59,969 nt of DNA, taken from the IMG/VR virus record IMGVR_UViG_3300032330_001114, positions 1 to 59,969 of that record; one strand, given 5' to 3'. The position numbers and the translations under genes are program-made. Source of the DNA: a virus. Its lineage: Duplodnaviria > Caudoviricetes. Within the stretch, counting starts at the first letter, position 1, and the number at the start of each line of letters is the position of its first letter. The notes below the pieces were generated by a model. That model was not told where the DNA came from. It was given only the letters and a program-made list of their open reading frames with translations, and ran no database searches. This document shows, in pieces, positions 1 through 8,641 of the stretch.

Positions 1-228
1 ATTCCTGAGATGACTACTGAAGCACCTGCAAAGGCTGATGCTAAGGCAGACAAAGCTTCTAAGCTAATCACGCTTACCAAAGGATCAGAGAATTGGGCAA
101 ACGTAGTTAAGTACGTTGAGGCTAACAAGGATTTGGGCTTTGAGAAAATTAAACAGCAGCTTTCAAGAAAGTATACGTTGAGTCCGGCTGTAGCTAAGGA
201 ACTATCATCTTTAACCGATAAATCATAA
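1..228 (+). CDS. C-terminal part of probable ssDNA-annealing/recombination protein (5'-truncated by window)
   Basis: Frame open from base 1; sits directly upstream of exonuclease and SSB, the usual recombinase position; only the low-complexity C-terminus is visible. Confidence 0.4.
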   Translation: MPEMTTEAPAKADAKADKASKLITLTKGSENWANVVKYVEANKDLGFEKIKQQLSRKYTLSPAVAKELSSLTDKS

Positions 229-230
229 CC

Positions 231-992
231 ATGGCAGAAATTATTTTAGACAGCTTAAAAAAGCTTGTCGTTGACATCTTAAAGGATGATAAAGAATATT
301 ATTCAGGTGTTGGAAAGAATTACTTGTCCAACTCTGACATTGGAGTTCTGCTTAATAATCCTAAGGACTTTGGAAAACCAAGAGAGGACAACAAGAATTT
401 TGCTGATGGACGTTATTTCCATCAGCTAATTCTTGAGCCTGAAAAGGCTGAGGCTACACCATTTGTTGATGTAAGTACACGTACAACGAAAGAATACAAG
501 AATTATTGTGAGGATAACAATTTAGAGTTTTGTATGCTTAAGAAAGAGCAGGACGAAATCAAAAAACTTGTATCGATAATGAAAGGTAATATCCAATTTT
601 ATGACGACATTTACAGTGACGGAAATGAATTTGAGATACCTGCCGTTAATCAAATACAAGGTATGGATTGGAAAGGAAAGGCAGATATAGTAGGAAAAGA
701 TTTTATCATTGACTTAAAAACTACAAGTGATATACATAAATTCAAATGGTCAGCGAAGTCTTATAACTATGACTCCCAGTGCTACATCTATCAGCAATTA
801 TTTGGACGTCCGTTGGCATTCTACGTTATCGACAAAGGTACCGGTCAGCTCGGTATCTTCAGGCCTTCCGAAAGCTTCATCAAAGGCGGAGAAATCAAAG
901 TAGCAAGAGCAATTGAAGTTTTTAATAAGTTTTTTGGAGACACACCTAAAGATGACATTGCCAATTATTATATTGACGAGACTCTTGATTAA
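231..992 (+). CDS. PD-(D/E)XK exonuclease, RecE/Exo VIII-like
   Basis: LSNSDI N-terminal motif, GRYFH, KGKAD..IIDLKTT, YNYDSQCYIYQ motifs. Confidence 0.85.
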   Translation: MAEIILDSLKKLVVDILKDDKEYYSGVGKNYLSNSDIGVLLNNPKDFGKPREDNKNFADGRYFHQLILEPEKAEATPFVDVSTRTTKEYKNYCEDNNLEFCMLKKEQDEIKKLVSIMKGNIQFYDDIYSDGNEFEIPAVNQIQGMDWKGKADIVGKDFIIDLKTTSDIHKFKWSAKSYNYDSQCYIYQQLFGRPLAFYVIDKGTGQLGIFRPSESFIKGGEIKVARAIEVFNKFFGDTPKDDIANYYIDETLD

Positions 993-996
993 AATA

Positions 997-1050
997 CTTG
1001 TTAGTTCGCTCAGCCTCAGGGGTGTGCTGACAAGATAAATAGACTGAGGC
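997..1050 (+). promoter_or_regulatory. Predicted H-type RNA pseudoknot in the SSB leader
   Basis: S1 997-1011 pairs with 1020-1034; loop GCCTCAG 1013-1019 pairs with CTGAGGC 1044-1050. Confidence 0.65.
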
Positions 1051-1068
1051 AAATTTAAAAAACAAACA

Positions 1069-1389
1069 ATGCAACAAGACGAAAAAATCTTTGCAGACGG
1101 ATTCAGCTTCAAGAGAAGCGAGAACGCACCCGATTTTGTTATCGGAAGACTTTCAATGAAAGTAGATGATGCTATCGCTTTTATGCGTCAGCATGACAAG
1201 AAGGGTTGGGTCAACCTAAACATTAAAACAGCTCGCAGTGGCAACCACTACGTTGAGTTGGATACCTTTGAACCGAAAGGTTCACAGGGTAATGATTCAG
1301 GAAGCTCCTCCGGTTCTAAACCTAAACCATCAAAGCCAAAAGTAAAAGAGGCTCTTGAATCTGATGACGATGGTGGTTTGCCGTTCTAA
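1069..1389 (+). CDS. Single-stranded DNA-binding protein (phage type)
   Basis: Small beta-rich N-terminus, G/S/P/K linker, acidic tail ending DDDGGLPF; position next to exonuclease. Confidence 0.75.
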   Translation: MQQDEKIFADGFSFKRSENAPDFVIGRLSMKVDDAIAFMRQHDKKGWVNLNIKTARSGNHYVELDTFEPKGSQGNDSGSSSGSKPKPSKPKVKEALESDDDGGLPF

Positions 1390-1411
1390 CCTAACGCCGA
1401 AGCCTGAAAAT

Positions 1412-1435
1412 GGGGAGCTCGTCTCCCCTTTTTTT
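1412..1435 (+). terminator. Rho-independent terminator
   Basis: GGGGAG-ctcgt-CTCCCC followed by T7. Confidence 0.85.
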
Positions 1436-1446
1436 ACCTTCAAACC

Positions 1447-1576
1447 ATGTCAAATGTGATAAATAAAGACCTTCTACTCTCTCTATATATATTTATACTA
1501 TCTCTCTTTTTTTTATTATTATATTTTAAATTTAAAATCGACATAAAAGACATTAGTATTAATAATCAATTAGTTA
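1447..1576. other. Origin-like element copy 1 (ATGTC/GACAT repeats, AT-rich core, IHF-box match)
   Basis: ATGTCAAAT..(TA)n/T-rich..GACAT..GACATTAGT.TTAATAATCAATTAGTTA; AATCAATTAGTTA at 1564-1576 matches WATCAANNNNTTR; same layout at 48448-48568. Confidence 0.5.
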
Positions 1577-1608
1577 GAAAAAATAATCAAACATAAAACC
1601 GGTATAAC

Positions 1609-4035
1609 ATGGCATTACACGACATTACAATATTTAAGAACATCAGAGACACTGATACTCCGTTCTTCAGACCTGTCCAAACAATCCTTGAAAGGATTAA
1701 GGATGGGGCAACAAAAGACCTAATCAAGAAGATACGATTAGAGAAAGACAAGTCTGACCGAAACGAGATGAAGAAGCAGTTACCTGCCATATGCTTTAGC
1801 GGTACGTTCAACAAGAGAGCAGACAATGCGCTGTTAGAACACAGCGGACTTATATGCTTGGACTTTGACGGATACGACAAGCAGAAGACATTACTGCAGG
1901 ATAAGGAGAACTTATCTAAAAACAAATACGTTTACTCAGTATTCATATCTCCCTCAGGAGATGGGTTAAAAGTCTTGGTTAAGATACCTGCCGACCCTGA
2001 GAACCACACAAATTACTTTAATAGCTTAGAAAGGTACCTAAATTCGCCTTTCTTTGACAAAACGAGTAAGAACCTTAGTCGAGTGTGTTATGAGTCCTAT
2101 GACCCTCTAATACACGTAAACGAGAACTCGTCCATTTGGGACGTGATAGAGGAGCCGGAGTACAACGAGATAAGCAAGGTTAAAGACTCCCCTACCATAC
2201 CAATCACGGATGAGAATAAGATAGTGGAGATACTCGTTAAGTGGTGGACAAGCAAATACCCAATGCATGAGGGACAACGTAACCACAACGCTTACGTTCT
2301 CGCCATGGCGTTTAACGACTTCGGTATCAACAAGAGCCTCGCCTCATACGTACTCAATCAGTATGCTACCAATGACTTTCCAATCAGAGAGATATCCATT
2401 ACGATTGACTCGGCCTACAAGAACACCTCGAACTTCGGCACTAAGTACTACGAGGATGAGGAGCGTATCAATCAGATAAAGGGAAAGATTAGGCGTGGCG
2501 TATCAAAAAAAGAAATTCGCTTCCAATTGCAAGACTCCAACTTGGATAGCGATATAATCGACGCTGTCCTTAACAAGATTGAGGAAGAGAATGCAAAGCA
2601 GACGTTTTGGACAAAGAACGATAAGGGAGTCATCAAGATAGTACACATACTATTCAAGCAGTTCTTGGAAGACTCAGGGTTCTACAAGTACTGTCCGGAG
2701 GGTGGCAAGAACTACATCTTCGTGAAGGTAACGAACAACCTGATAGACCACACATCAGAAAAGGAGATTAAAGACTACGTGCTCGCTCATCTGTTGGACA
2801 TTGATGACATCAGTATATACAACTACTTCGCTGACAACACCCGGTTCTTTAAGGAAGAGTTCTTGTCTTTGCTATCAACCATTGACATTTACTTCATCGA
2901 GGACACTAAGGATGCCTCATACCTGTACTACAAAAACTGTGGCGTTAAGGTAACTAAGGATGAGATTATACCAATCGACTACCTTGACCTCGGTGGATAC
3001 GTATGGAAAGACCATGTCATTGACCGCAACTTCAACCTGTGTAGCGTAACAGATAGATGCGACTTCAAGCAGTTCATCAGTAACATCAACGGAAGCGATG
3101 CAAGTAGAGTTAAGTCCATGGAGAGCACGATGGGATTTCTGATGCACGGATACAAGAACCTATCGTTCTGTCCTGCGGTCATCCTTAACGATGAGGTTAT
3201 CAGCGACAACCCTGAGGGTGGTACAGGTAAGGGATTAATCATGAGTGCACTTGGTAAGATGAAGAAGCTTGTCGTGATTGACGGTAAGTCATTCGCATTT
3301 GAGAAGAGTTTCGCTTATCAGTTGGTATCAGCAGACACGCAGATACTTTGTTTTGATGACGTGAAGAAACATTTTGACTTTGAACGACTCTTTAGTGTCG
3401 TTACAGAAGGCTTAACTCTTGAGAAGAAGAACAAGGACGCTATCAAGATACCATTCAGTAGGTCGCCTAAGATAGCTATCACAACCAACTACGCTATCAA
3501 AGGTGCTGGTAATTCATTCGCAAGGCGTAAGTGGGAGTTGGAGTTGCATCAGTACTATTCAAAAGCTTTCACGCCACTCGATGAGTTTGGTAAGCTTATG
3601 TTCGGAGATTGGAACGATGACGATTGGTGCGAGTTTGACAACTACATGATCAGTTGTCTTAAAGATTATTTAAGGACAGGTCTTGTCAAGTCAAAATTTG
3701 TCAACTTAAAAATACGTCAGCTATCAGCAGAGACATGCCACGAGTTTATAGAATGGTGTGGACTTGTAAGCGGACAGCAACACAGCACATCTCTTGACTC
3801 AGGGGTGCGATTATACAAGAACGATTTATACTATAACTTTATAGATGAGTATCCTGACTATGGCCCGAAGGCTAAGATGACCATAAGCAGAACACGCTTC
3901 TACAAATGGTTAGTGTCTTACGCAATCTACAAGGAAGGCGTTATGCCGGAGGAAGGCAGAGACCAAGCAGGCCGTTGGATAATAATAAGAAAGAAACAAG
4001 ATTCCGAATATCAAAATCAATTGGATTATGAATAG
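1609..4035 (+). CDS. Primase-helicase (BT4734/VirE-N-like N-terminal domain, PriCT, SF3-type P-loop helicase)
   Basis: KKQLPAICFSG, SGLICLDFD, FISPSGDGLK motifs; EGQRNH PriCT; Walker A GGTGKG and Walker B ILCFDD. Confidence 0.85.
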   Translation: MALHDITIFKNIRDTDTPFFRPVQTILERIKDGATKDLIKKIRLEKDKSDRNEMKKQLPAICFSGTFNKRADNALLEHSGLICLDFDGYDKQKTLLQDKENLSKNKYVYSVFISPSGDGLKVLVKIPADPENHTNYFNSLERYLNSPFFDKTSKNLSRVCYESYDPLIHVNENSSIWDVIEEPEYNEISKVKDSPTIPITDENKIVEILVKWWTSKYPMHEGQRNHNAYVLAMAFNDFGINKSLASYVLNQYATNDFPIREISITIDSAYKNTSNFGTKYYEDEERINQIKGKIRRGVSKKEIRFQLQDSNLDSDIIDAVLNKIEEENAKQTFWTKNDKGVIKIVHILFKQFLEDSGFYKYCPEGGKNYIFVKVTNNLIDHTSEKEIKDYVLAHLLDIDDISIYNYFADNTRFFKEEFLSLLSTIDIYFIEDTKDASYLYYKNCGVKVTKDEIIPIDYLDLGGYVWKDHVIDRNFNLCSVTDRCDFKQFISNINGSDASRVKSMESTMGFLMHGYKNLSFCPAVILNDEVISDNPEGGTGKGLIMSALGKMKKLVVIDGKSFAFEKSFAYQLVSADTQILCFDDVKKHFDFERLFSVVTEGLTLEKKNKDAIKIPFSRSPKIAITTNYAIKGAGNSFARRKWELELHQYYSKAFTPLDEFGKLMFGDWNDDDWCEFDNYMISCLKDYLRTGLVKSKFVNLKIRQLSAETCHEFIEWCGLVSGQQHSTSLDSGVRLYKNDLYYNFIDEYPDYGPKAKMTISRTRFYKWLVSYAIYKEGVMPEEGRDQAGRWIIIRKKQDSEYQNQLDYE

Positions 4036-4396
4036 TATAGATTATTTAATAAAAGAATTTAGTGCAATATTAGGTGTATTAAAAACAGAACCAATGCAAG
4101 ATTTATTATTAGTAGATGCTATGGCTAAAGCCAAAGAAATGCATTACAAAGAACTTATGGATAGTATGCAGAGAGGAATGGAACTACAGGATAAGGAAAA
4201 TAATCGTATAGGATTTAGAGAAAGAAATGGATTACTTCCCCAACAAAAAGAAACTCTATATACAGAGGAACAAGTTAGGGAAGCAATAGAGTTAGCAAGA
4301 GAAACAAGATGGATACCAAATTGTGGTAATCAATATCCATATAATCATACTTGTGATGAAATCATCCAATCACTTAAACAACCTAAAAAAGATTAA
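4028..4396 (+). CDS. Hypothetical protein (mosaic small-gene family)
   Basis: ORF overlapping the primase stop; AKEMH and LYTEEQVREAI modules. Confidence 0.7.
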   Translation: MNSIDYLIKEFSAILGVLKTEPMQDLLLVDAMAKAKEMHYKELMDSMQRGMELQDKENNRIGFRERNGLLPQQKETLYTEEQVREAIELARETRWIPNCGNQYPYNHTCDEIIQSLKQPKKD

Positions 4397-4401
4397 TTAT
4401 G
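4383..4401 (+). repeat. 19-bp gene-boundary direct repeat, copy 1
   Basis: CTAAAAAAGATTAATTATG, identical at 4646-4664. Confidence 0.85.
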
Positions 4402-4659
4402 GAAAATAAATTGGATTCATTGAAGGAACAAGTTGAAAAAAATAAAGAAGAGTTTTTACATAGTGTAAGAACTTTTAATTATGCGTTAAAAGTGTCTGAA
4501 GAATCTCCTAACACATTTACTGATGATACGTTGGGTAGATTGATTGGAGGTATAAACACTTCTTATTACGAATATGTAAATAGTAGACTTGAATTTACAG
4601 ATGAATATGTAAAGAGTATTTTAGATAATAAATCAGACAACAATACTAAAAAAGATTAA
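4399..4659 (+). CDS. Hypothetical protein
   Basis: 86-aa ORF tightly packed between the 19-bp repeats. Confidence 0.7.
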   Translation: MENKLDSLKEQVEKNKEEFLHSVRTFNYALKVSEESPNTFTDDTLGRLIGGINTSYYEYVNSRLEFTDEYVKSILDNKSDNNTKKD

Positions 4660-4664
4660 TTATG
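4646..4664 (+). repeat. 19-bp gene-boundary direct repeat, copy 2
   Basis: CTAAAAAAGATTAATTATG. Confidence 0.85.
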
Positions 4665-4901
4665 ACATCAGAAAAAGACATAAACTATTGGAAAAATAAT
4701 TGTGAAGAAGATTATATCACTACACCAATTAGTGTGTTAAGATATATTTCTGAACTTGAAAAACTTGTTCCCCAACAAGAAATATCAGATGAAGAAATAG
4801 AGAAGTTTGCAGATGAAGAACTTGGAACTATTAGAACTGATTTTGATTTTGGCGTTATTCAAGGAATGAAATGGTATAGAGAACAATTAAAAAGTAAATA
4901 A
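4662..4901 (+). CDS. Hypothetical protein
   Basis: 79-aa ORF; TTPISVLRYISELE and PQQEISDEEI modules. Confidence 0.7.
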   Translation: MTSEKDINYWKNNCEEDYITTPISVLRYISELEKLVPQQEISDEEIEKFADEELGTIRTDFDFGVIQGMKWYREQLKSK

Positions 4902-5188
4902 TGAAAGAGTTAGAGCAATACGAAAAGGTAAATCAAGAAGTTGTTATTCCTGTTAAATCAGAAATGAAATTGCTTGGTAAAATAAGACCAAACAAAGGGC
5001 ATAAAGTTTTTAAAATAAACACAACTACTAATGAGATATCAGAAGCTGAATATTTTTATGATGCTGTAAGTATGTTCTCTTCAAGCTATGAAAGAAAAAA
5101 GAAGCTATCAATGGAAGAAGGATTTGCTTACATATCAGCACTGAACAAACAAAATGCTATTAAAAAGTATAAAAAATTAAAGAAATGA
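4901..5188 (+). CDS. Hypothetical protein
   Basis: 95-aa ORF coupled via TAATG. Confidence 0.7.
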   Translation: MKELEQYEKVNQEVVIPVKSEMKLLGKIRPNKGHKVFKINTTTNEISEAEYFYDAVSMFSSSYERKKKLSMEEGFAYISALNKQNAIKKYKKLKK

Positions 5189-5520
5189 ATAAACAACAAA
5201 CAATGCATGTTGGCATGATGAACTCATACAACCTGCTTATGGATAAGGTATCATTAGATACCGTAGTACAATCAGGAGTAGGAATATTTGCACACGTGCC
5301 TGATGACGAGCCAAGACTCGATGATATAGAGATGATGATTATATATTTTCAAGACCACGACATGTTTGAAATATGCTCAGAACTTGTAAAGTACATTGAA
5401 GAAAACTATAATCAGAACGGTAGCCTTAAAGGAGAGCAGTGCGACTGCGAATATCCAACCCTAAAAGAATACACACGTAAAATGAAATGTGCAACATGTA
5501 ACAAAAGACTTAGAAAATAA
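5185..5520 (+). CDS. Hypothetical protein with C-terminal Zn-ribbon
   Basis: CDC...CATC; ATGA/TAATG coupling. Confidence 0.7.
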   Translation: MNKQQTMHVGMMNSYNLLMDKVSLDTVVQSGVGIFAHVPDDEPRLDDIEMMIIYFQDHDMFEICSELVKYIEENYNQNGSLKGEQCDCEYPTLKEYTRKMKCATCNKRLRK

Positions 5521-6962
5521 TGGAAATAATACAAAGGAGATTAGGCTACAGCAATACAGATATGCTGAAGCACTGCGAAATATTAAAATCAGTTATGTCA
5601 AAATCAAAAGAAGCTAAGATAGGTAGAGGCAAGACCGTTGAGACAATTCAGATACCTAAGTACAAAGAAGATAAGGCTATTGTTGAGAAGATTAATAATA
5701 GCCTTACTCATTACGCAAAGCACGACTTTGACTTCAGAGATTATCAGCGTGACATCATAAGCAGAGGAGTTGAGATAATAAACAAGCACCGCTTCTTATA
5801 CTTAGCCATGGAGGTTCGTACAGGTAAAACACTAACAAGTCTCGGTATCGCAAACGAAATAAACGCAACAGATGTATTGTTTGTTACAAAGAAGAAAGCC
5901 ATATCATCAATAGAGAACGATTTCAATATTCTTAAGCCATCTTTCTCTTTGTGTGTAATAAATTACGAGAGCCTTCATACTATCGACCCTGACATTTGTT
6001 GGGATTTAATAATCTTAGATGAGGCTCATGGCATTGGTGCGTTTCCCAAGCCAAACCTTAGGGCAACCATGGTAAGAGACTTGATTAGGAAAATGAAACC
6101 AAAGATTATATTGCTATCAGGAACTCCAACGCCTGAGTCTTACTCTCAGATGTACCATCAAGTGTTTGCCATACCGGGCAATCCTTTTGCTGAGTTCCCT
6201 AACTTCTATCGTTTCTGCGATAAGTATGTGAAGGTTAAAGAGAAAAAAGTGAATGGACTTATGATACGTGACTACACTGATGCGTATGATACAATACTTG
6301 AGAAGATGAAGCCGTACACCATCAACTACACACAGCAGGAGGCAGGCTTTAAAACGGAGACTATTGAAGAGGTACTTGAGGTTGCTATGAAGCCATCGAC
6401 CTATAAGATAATCAAGAAGCTTAAGCGTGACTTGGTTGTGGAGGGAAAGGATGACGTGATACTTGCTGACACGCCTGTTAAACTTATGATGAAGGTGCAT
6501 CAGCTATGCTCAGGAACTATAAAGTTTGAGAGTGGCAAGTCAATGATACTCGATCTGTCTAAGGCTGAGTTTATCAAGGAGCACTTTGAAGGATTTAAGA
6601 TAGGCATCTTCTATAAGTTTAAAGAAGAACTAAATGCGCTTCAGGAAGTGTTTGGCAATATGATTACGACAGATCTTGATGAATTTAACGAAACAAATAA
6701 AATCATAGCTTTACAAATAGTTTCCGGGAGGGAAGGCATATCGTTAAAGGCCGCTGATTATTTGGTATATTACAATATTGACTTTAGTGCAACAAGTTAT
6801 TGGCAGTCAAAGGATAGGATGACAACAAAAGACAGATTACATAATAAAGTGTATTGGATATTTAGCAAAGGCGGAATAGAACATGATATATATAAAGCTG
6901 TTACAAAAAAGAAAGACTTTACTATTAATCATTTCAAAAAAACGCTATGTACAGATTCCTAA
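5520..6962 (+). CDS. SNF2-like superfamily 2 helicase
   Basis: FRDYQ, MEVRTGKT, ILDEAH, LSGTP, SGREGISL, QSKDR motifs. Confidence 0.9.
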   Translation: MEIIQRRLGYSNTDMLKHCEILKSVMSKSKEAKIGRGKTVETIQIPKYKEDKAIVEKINNSLTHYAKHDFDFRDYQRDIISRGVEIINKHRFLYLAMEVRTGKTLTSLGIANEINATDVLFVTKKKAISSIENDFNILKPSFSLCVINYESLHTIDPDICWDLIILDEAHGIGAFPKPNLRATMVRDLIRKMKPKIILLSGTPTPESYSQMYHQVFAIPGNPFAEFPNFYRFCDKYVKVKEKKVNGLMIRDYTDAYDTILEKMKPYTINYTQQEAGFKTETIEEVLEVAMKPSTYKIIKKLKRDLVVEGKDDVILADTPVKLMMKVHQLCSGTIKFESGKSMILDLSKAEFIKEHFEGFKIGIFYKFKEELNALQEVFGNMITTDLDEFNETNKIIALQIVSGREGISLKAADYLVYYNIDFSATSYWQSKDRMTTKDRLHNKVYWIFSKGGIEHDIYKAVTKKKDFTINHFKKTLCTDS

Positions 6963-7040
6963 TGATACCTGTGATTATGTTTTTAGTTGCATGTATTGGA
7001 TATGTTTATACTATTATTATTTACTTTAATGACGATAAAA

Positions 7041-7322
7041 ATGGCAAAAAATAAATTAGCAGGGAAGCACCCCTCTTACGACAAATTAAATATGTCGCCT
7101 GAAAGAAGGAAAAAGAAAATAGCTTACGACAAGAAGTATGCTGCTTCTGAAGAAAGAAAAAGCTACAGGGTAGAACTCAATCGTGCTAACAGAAAAGCAG
7201 GAACCTATGGCAATGGAGATGGTAAAGATATGAGCCATACTAAGGTAGGCAAGTTAATATTAGAAAGCGCACGTAATAACAGAGCAAGAAACGGACACAA
7301 TGGTAAATCAAGCAAGAAGTGA
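7041..7322 (+). CDS. Small basic HNH-type endonuclease-like protein
   Basis: GDGKDMSH...NNRARN motif; ATG at 7041 after an A-rich leader preferred over the TTG at 6987. Confidence 0.6.
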   Translation: MAKNKLAGKHPSYDKLNMSPERRKKKIAYDKKYAASEERKSYRVELNRANRKAGTYGNGDGKDMSHTKVGKLILESARNNRARNGHNGKSSKK

Positions 7323-7558
7323 CAGAGCAACAAATACAAACCAAGAAGATAAAAGAACTTGAGGACAAGGGGTACTATGTAATAAAGCTTATCAATACCA
7401 ACAAGAATGGAATACCTGACCTCATAGCCATACCTCGTGGCTCCGATGTATTATTTGTAGAAGTCAAAGGCCCTAATGGGAAGCTTAGCAAACTACAGGA
7501 ATTTAGAATCAAAGAACTTGAATCATATCAAATCAAAACAGAAGTACACAAAGGATGA
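7319..7558 (+). CDS. VRR-NUC domain nuclease (Holliday-junction-resolvase-like)
   Basis: EQQIQ...GIPDL...FVEVKGPNGKLSKLQ. Confidence 0.9.
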   Translation: MTEQQIQTKKIKELEDKGYYVIKLINTNKNGIPDLIAIPRGSDVLFVEVKGPNGKLSKLQEFRIKELESYQIKTEVHKG

Positions 7559-8073
7559 AACCACAATCAAAAGAAATAATACTGTCTGACATGGACCTTC
7601 TCAAAGGAATAATTGAAGAATCGTTCAAGACGAAGATAATAACAAAAAGAAGGCATAGAGAAATTGTAGACGCGCGCATGGTGTTTGCAAAAATACTTAG
7701 AGAGAGAGGTCACATATATAAGTCAATAGGAGTCTATCTTAATAAAGACCACTCAACAATTATACACTATGTAGAGCAAGCTCCTAATATCTTTAAGACA
7801 GACAAGAAGTTAATGGACTTGTACCTTGAGTGTAGAAATAAGTTTCTTGAGAACAGAGAACCTATAGTGCTGCACACAGACAGAGATTTAGTCAGAGAAG
7901 TGCTATCTTTAAGGAGCCAACTTGATGATCTCATATCTCAGTATGAGGCTATAAAAGAAATAGAAAAAAAGTACGAAAGACTAAATTCTATTATAAATCT
8001 AATTGACCTGCGCACACCGGTTGGCAGTGAAAATCTAATCAAAAGGAAAATAAATGAATTGTTTAATGAGTAA
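7555..8073 (+). CDS. DnaA C-terminal (domain IV) HTH-like DNA-binding protein with coiled coil
   Basis: RHREIVDAR...SIGVYLNKDHSTIIH resembles the DnaA domain IV signature. Confidence 0.7.
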   Translation: MKPQSKEIILSDMDLLKGIIEESFKTKIITKRRHREIVDARMVFAKILRERGHIYKSIGVYLNKDHSTIIHYVEQAPNIFKTDKKLMDLYLECRNKFLENREPIVLHTDRDLVREVLSLRSQLDDLISQYEAIKEIEKKYERLNSIINLIDLRTPVGSENLIKRKINELFNE

Positions 8074-8076
8074 TTT

Positions 8077-8271
8077 ATGGAGCAAAATAAAAACCTCGAT
8101 AATGACAGGGCATTCAGGATACACCTGAGAATACATCATTGTCACATTACATTGTCTAACATCTACGAAAATTTAGTAGATAGAGACTTTGACTCCGTAA
8201 ACAAAGACGCTAAACTAATTATAACTGAAATCAAATTTATTTTAAAAGCATTAGAAGATGATGACTTTTGA
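8077..8271 (+). CDS. Hypothetical protein
   Basis: 64-aa ORF in operon. Confidence 0.65.
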   Translation: MEQNKNLDNDRAFRIHLRIHHCHITLSNIYENLVDRDFDSVNKDAKLIITEIKFILKALEDDDF

Positions 8272-8641
8272 TACACCTGAAGACCTAAGAAGAGAAAAGA
8301 AAGCCATTGAACTATTCGTGAGTATGTTCAGTGGCTCATACCAAAAGCTTGACCCACAAGATGTAGACTATAAAGTCTTTGACAAAGACAATAAGTTAAT
8401 AGCATACGCTGAGGTTGTTAGTCGCGTGAGAACAATGGTTAATGCTTACCCACTTCCAGTACCTGCAAAGAAACTTGTCAAGCTGTTTGACAAAAGAATA
8501 CCGCCTGTTATTATATGGTCTTGTGATGACGGCATCATATACGCCAAAGCAAACGAGCTCAGAGGGGAAATAATTTTCGACTCTGAGCTCATTGTTTATT
8601 ACAAGAAAAGTAAGGAGTTTAAGTATATTAGGTTTACTTAG
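8258..8641 (+). CDS. Hypothetical protein, possible degenerate PD-(D/E)XK fold
   Basis: DY...YAEV.SR pattern; last gene of + arm, stop overlaps the stop of the converging gene. Confidence 0.55.
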   Translation: MMTFDTPEDLRREKKAIELFVSMFSGSYQKLDPQDVDYKVFDKDNKLIAYAEVVSRVRTMVNAYPLPVPAKKLVKLFDKRIPPVIIWSCDDGIIYAKANELRGEIIFDSELIVYYKKSKEFKYIRFT

